The notes under the pieces are model-generated. The model did not search any database. It was not told the DNA's origin and saw only the letters and a list, made by a program, of their open reading frames with translations. Shown in pieces: positions 47,495-49,348 of a stretch of DNA of 49,348 bases. Position numbers and translations under genes: made by a program. The DNA lies in contig DTSC01000331.1 of the NCBI GenBank assembly GCA_012965625.1, positions 6,621 to 55,968 of the forward strand, in the 5' to 3' direction. This DNA is from Flavobacteriales bacterium (lineage in GTDB: Bacteria; Bacteroidota; Bacteroidia; NORP154). Position 1 is the stretch's first letter; every line of letters begins with the position of its first letter.

Positions 47495-48043
47495 TTATTG
47501 TATCCCTTTCCATGGGATCTCTTCAACCCCAAGCTCGTTAGCTACTTTTCGTGCTAAGCTGAACAAATAATCAGAGAGCCTGTTCAAATATTGCAGCACA
47601 ATAGGTGGAGCTGAGCTTTCTTCTGAAAGCAGAGATACCTCTCTTTCAGCCCTTCTGCAAATGCAACGTGCGATATGGATATGTGATACGATTTTGTGTC
47701 CCCCCGGAAGGACAAATGAACGCATTTCAGGCAAAACAGAGTAATGTACATCAACTTCATGCTCAAGTATTGTTATATCCTCTTCTTTGATTTCAGGTAT
47801 TTTTACTTTTGATTTTTCTGGATCTGAGGCAAGTATAGAGCCAATTACAAAAAGGTTGTTTTGGATCTTTAGTAAAACTTTTTTGTGACCCTCCTCAATA
47901 TCCTGGTCCTTTATTAGGCCAATATAAGAATTGAGCTCGTCAATTGTCCCATAAGAACAGATTCTGTTATGATGTTTTGGAACCCTGGTACCCCCAAGTA
48001 AGGAGGTTTGACCCTGATCGCCCTTTTTTGTGTATATCTTCAT
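47495..48043 (-). CDS. PduO-type ATP:cob(I)alamin adenosyltransferase
   Basis: MKIYTKKGDQGQTSLLGGTRVPK..YGTIDELNSYIG..FVLPGG..IARCICRRAER..YLNRLSDYLF is the canonical PduO-type ATR. Confidence 0.85.
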   Translation of the reverse strand: MKIYTKKGDQGQTSLLGGTRVPKHHNRICSYGTIDELNSYIGLIKDQDIEEGHKKVLLKIQNNLFVIGSILASDPEKSKVKIPEIKEEDITILEHEVDVHYSVLPEMRSFVLPGGHKIVSHIHIARCICRRAEREVSLLSEESSAPPIVLQYLNRLSDYLFSLARKVANELGVEEIPWKGIQ

Positions 48044-48066
48044 GATTATGCGGAAAAAACAGCTTG

Positions 48067-48786
48067 TTAATTTACGACCAATTGATTGATGATGTTGTTA
48101 TTGACCTCATCTGATGCAATTTTGCCATCAATCAACCTCACAATTCTGTGTGCATGTAAAGCAATGTCTTCTTCATGGGTAACAATTATAATAGTGTTCC
48201 CTTTTTGATGGATTTCTCTTAATAATGCCATAATTTCCATAGACGTTTTTGAGTCTAGGTTACCTGTTGGCTCATCAGCAAGAAGTATCGATGGCTTATT
48301 GACAAGTGCACGGGCAATTGCAACTCTTTGTCTCTGCCCCCCAGAGAGTTCATTTGGTTTATGTTTAACCCGGTCTGATAGCTCAACATGATCCAGCACC
48401 TCCAGGGCCCTTTTTTCTCTATCAGACTTCTTGTAACCTGCATAAATCAATGGTAGTATCACATTATCAAGCGCAGAAGCCCTAGGCAATAAATTAAATG
48501 TTTGAAAAACAAAACCAATCTCATTATTTCTGATTTCAGCCAACTGATTATCACTTAAACTGCTTGCATCTGTTCCATTGAGAAGGTATCTTCCACTTGT
48601 AGGGGTATCAAGGCATCCCAAAAGATTCATTAAAGTTGACTTTCCTGATCCAGAAGGGCCCATTAAAGCAACAAACTCATTTTTTTGAATACTTAAATCA
48701 ATGTTCCTTAGGGCTTTGACTAAAACGGTCCCTATTCTGAAATGTCGTTTGATTCCTTCCAGTTTTATTATCTCGTTCTCATCCAC
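48067..48786 (-). CDS. ABC transporter ATP-binding protein (MacB/LolD-like)
   Basis: Walker [11 protein letters not shown]-loop, signature [15 protein letters not shown], Walker [13 protein letters not shown] and H-loop VTHE. GTG start. Confidence 0.9.
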   Translation of the reverse strand: MDENEIIKLEGIKRHFRIGTVLVKALRNIDLSIQKNEFVALMGPSGSGKSTLMNLLGCLDTPTSGRYLLNGTDASSLSDNQLAEIRNNEIGFVFQTFNLLPRASALDNVILPLIYAGYKKSDREKRALEVLDHVELSDRVKHKPNELSGGQRQRVAIARALVNKPSILLADEPTGNLDSKTSMEIMALLREIHQKGNTIIIVTHEEDIALHAHRIVRLIDGKIASDEVNNNIINQLVVN

Positions 48787-48826
48787 TGCTGGCCATTAAT
48801 TGTTTTTAACATCCTGATTTCTTAAA

Positions 48827-48834
48827 CAAATGTA
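48827..48834 (-). promoter_or_regulatory. -7 box candidate TACATTTG for the ABC ATPase / adenosyltransferase unit
   Basis: The reverse complement of caaatgta is an exact TAnnTTTG match. It is about 40 nt upstream of the GTG start at 48786. Confidence 0.3.
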
Positions 48835-48989
48835 AGCATTGTTGGTAAGGAAAAAGGAGAATTGCAATAATCCAACAAAGCGGACCTCTTTGCTTAAAAC
48901 AAGAATGGGCTGAAAAATGCATAAAACAACAATAAAACGCAAATAGATGCAAATAGATGCAAAAAAGAGCCTCATTGTGCACCAGCAGC

Positions 48990-49348
48990 CTAGTATAGCA
49001 AGACGAGGTCCTGTTTTTTGTGTTCTTTGTTAAAGAAAACCAATCCCATTTCAAAAAGATCAATGCTTATAGTAATTTGGGGATGTGTTTTGATTGTATT
49101 CCATGCCATTTCCATATTCTTAGACCAATGTATATCGTCGAAGACAAATACACTTTTCTCATGGACCTTATTTAAGCATTGTTCGAAATAGTCTAAGGTT
49201 GGTTTAAGGTTATGGTTGCCATCAAAAAAAACAAAATCGAGATAGTCTAGATTATTTAATTCTTCATGTAGCATATTGTCAAAAGGGCCAATAACCAAGC
49301 TTATATTAGTAGCAGAAAGTAGATTAAAATTGCTTTTTGCAATTTTAG
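48990..49348 (-). CDS. Class I SAM-dependent O-methyltransferase-like protein; 5' end outside the window
   Basis: The frame is open from the window edge (KIAKSNFNLLSATNISLVIGPFDNML..LDFVFFDGNHNLKPTLDYFEQCL..VFVFDDIHWSKNMEMAW). This resembles the O-methyltransferase family 3 C-terminal half. The track start at 49298 (TTG) is probably internal. Confidence 0.65.
   Translation of the reverse strand, partial: KIAKSNFNLLSATNISLVIGPFDNMLHEELNNLDYLDFVFFDGNHNLKPTLDYFEQCLNKVHEKSVFVFDDIHWSKNMEMAWNTIKTHPQITISIDLFEMGLVFFNKEHKKQDLVLLY

Noticed and set aside
48939-48960. Direct repeat gcaaatagat x2 in an intergenic spacer.
   Set aside because: There are only two 10-nt copies in an A-rich spacer. That is too short for a CRISPR, an iteron or a mobile-element end, and there is no partner repeat elsewhere in the window.
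48806-49063. An 85-aa minus-strand ORF in the spacer between the ABC ATPase and the O-methyltransferase-like gene.
   Set aside because: It overlaps the 3' end of the methyltransferase gene in another frame. The product is Cys/Phe/Leu-rich nonsense with no recognisable features. The region is better explained as a promoter-bearing spacer with a TACATTTG box.
1-49348. A scan for CRISPR arrays, tRNA/rRNA/tmRNA genes, transposases, integrases, phage genes, toxin-antitoxin pairs and known defence-system hallmarks.
   Set aside because: I could see no spaced direct repeats, no tRNA-like T-arm (GGTTCGAAT-type) motifs outside coding frames, and no ORFs with DDE, tyrosine-recombinase, nuclease-NTPase or reverse-transcriptase signatures. 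This was a visual scan only; tRNAscan, Infernal or PADLOC-type tools would be decisive.
1-49348. An alternative genetic code or stop-codon reassignment, considered because one large gene and half of prfB were missing from the track.
   Set aside because: Conserved genes terminate at family-typical lengths with TAA, TAG and TGA. The missing OmpA-family gene is explained by the window edge, and the prfB TGA is the classical frameshift stop.

Overview
This is a 49.3-kb, low-GC, tightly packed chromosomal segment from a gliding, T9SS-bearing member of Bacteroidota. The evidence for that placement is:
- a gldE-gldD pair;
- four exported enzymes that end in type-A T9SS C-terminal sorting domains, two of which also carry SprB repeats;
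- TAnnTTTG -7 promoter boxes, and little Shine-Dalgarno signal at the start codons I inspected.

A Flavobacteriia-like organism is my guess only; the taxon cannot be fixed without a search.

I count about 44 protein genes. By eye I found no rRNA, tRNA, CRISPR array, transposase, integrase or phage gene.

Most of the content is housekeeping: UvrD-like helicase, UbiD-family decarboxylase, rmuC, rlmB, ctaA, ssb, mutY, HU, RNase E/G, recX, prfB, arsC, fumC, secA, a PduO-type adenosyltransferase and an ABC ATPase.

The supplied ORF track misses or truncates four things:
1. A 722-codon OmpA-family gene on the minus strand (1..2168) that runs off the window edge.
2. The first exon-like frame of prfB. 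The gene has a textbook programmed +1 frameshift site, AGGAGG-TAT-CTT-TGA-C, at 34650..34665.
3. A 30-aa ultra-basic ORF (28958..29050) that looks like ribosomal protein bS22 (AURKAIP1/COX24-type).
4. The partial O-methyltransferase at the 3' edge.

I did not find a convincing multi-gene novel system such as a defence island or a mobile element. The best under-described candidates, all scored modestly, are:
- an orphan SiaB/SiaC-like kinase-phosphoprotein pair with no phosphatase or output gene nearby;
- a small secreted protein whose gene overlaps an Omp85/TpsB-like barrel gene;
- a T9SS-exported sphingomyelinase-C-like enzyme;
- a possibly accessory stretch at 39.4-43.7 kb containing a truncated-looking ORF, an HTH regulator, a signal-less FISUMP protein, a TM2/DUF2752 pair and a small LRR protein.

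All family assignments come from motif recognition by eye. No database search was run.
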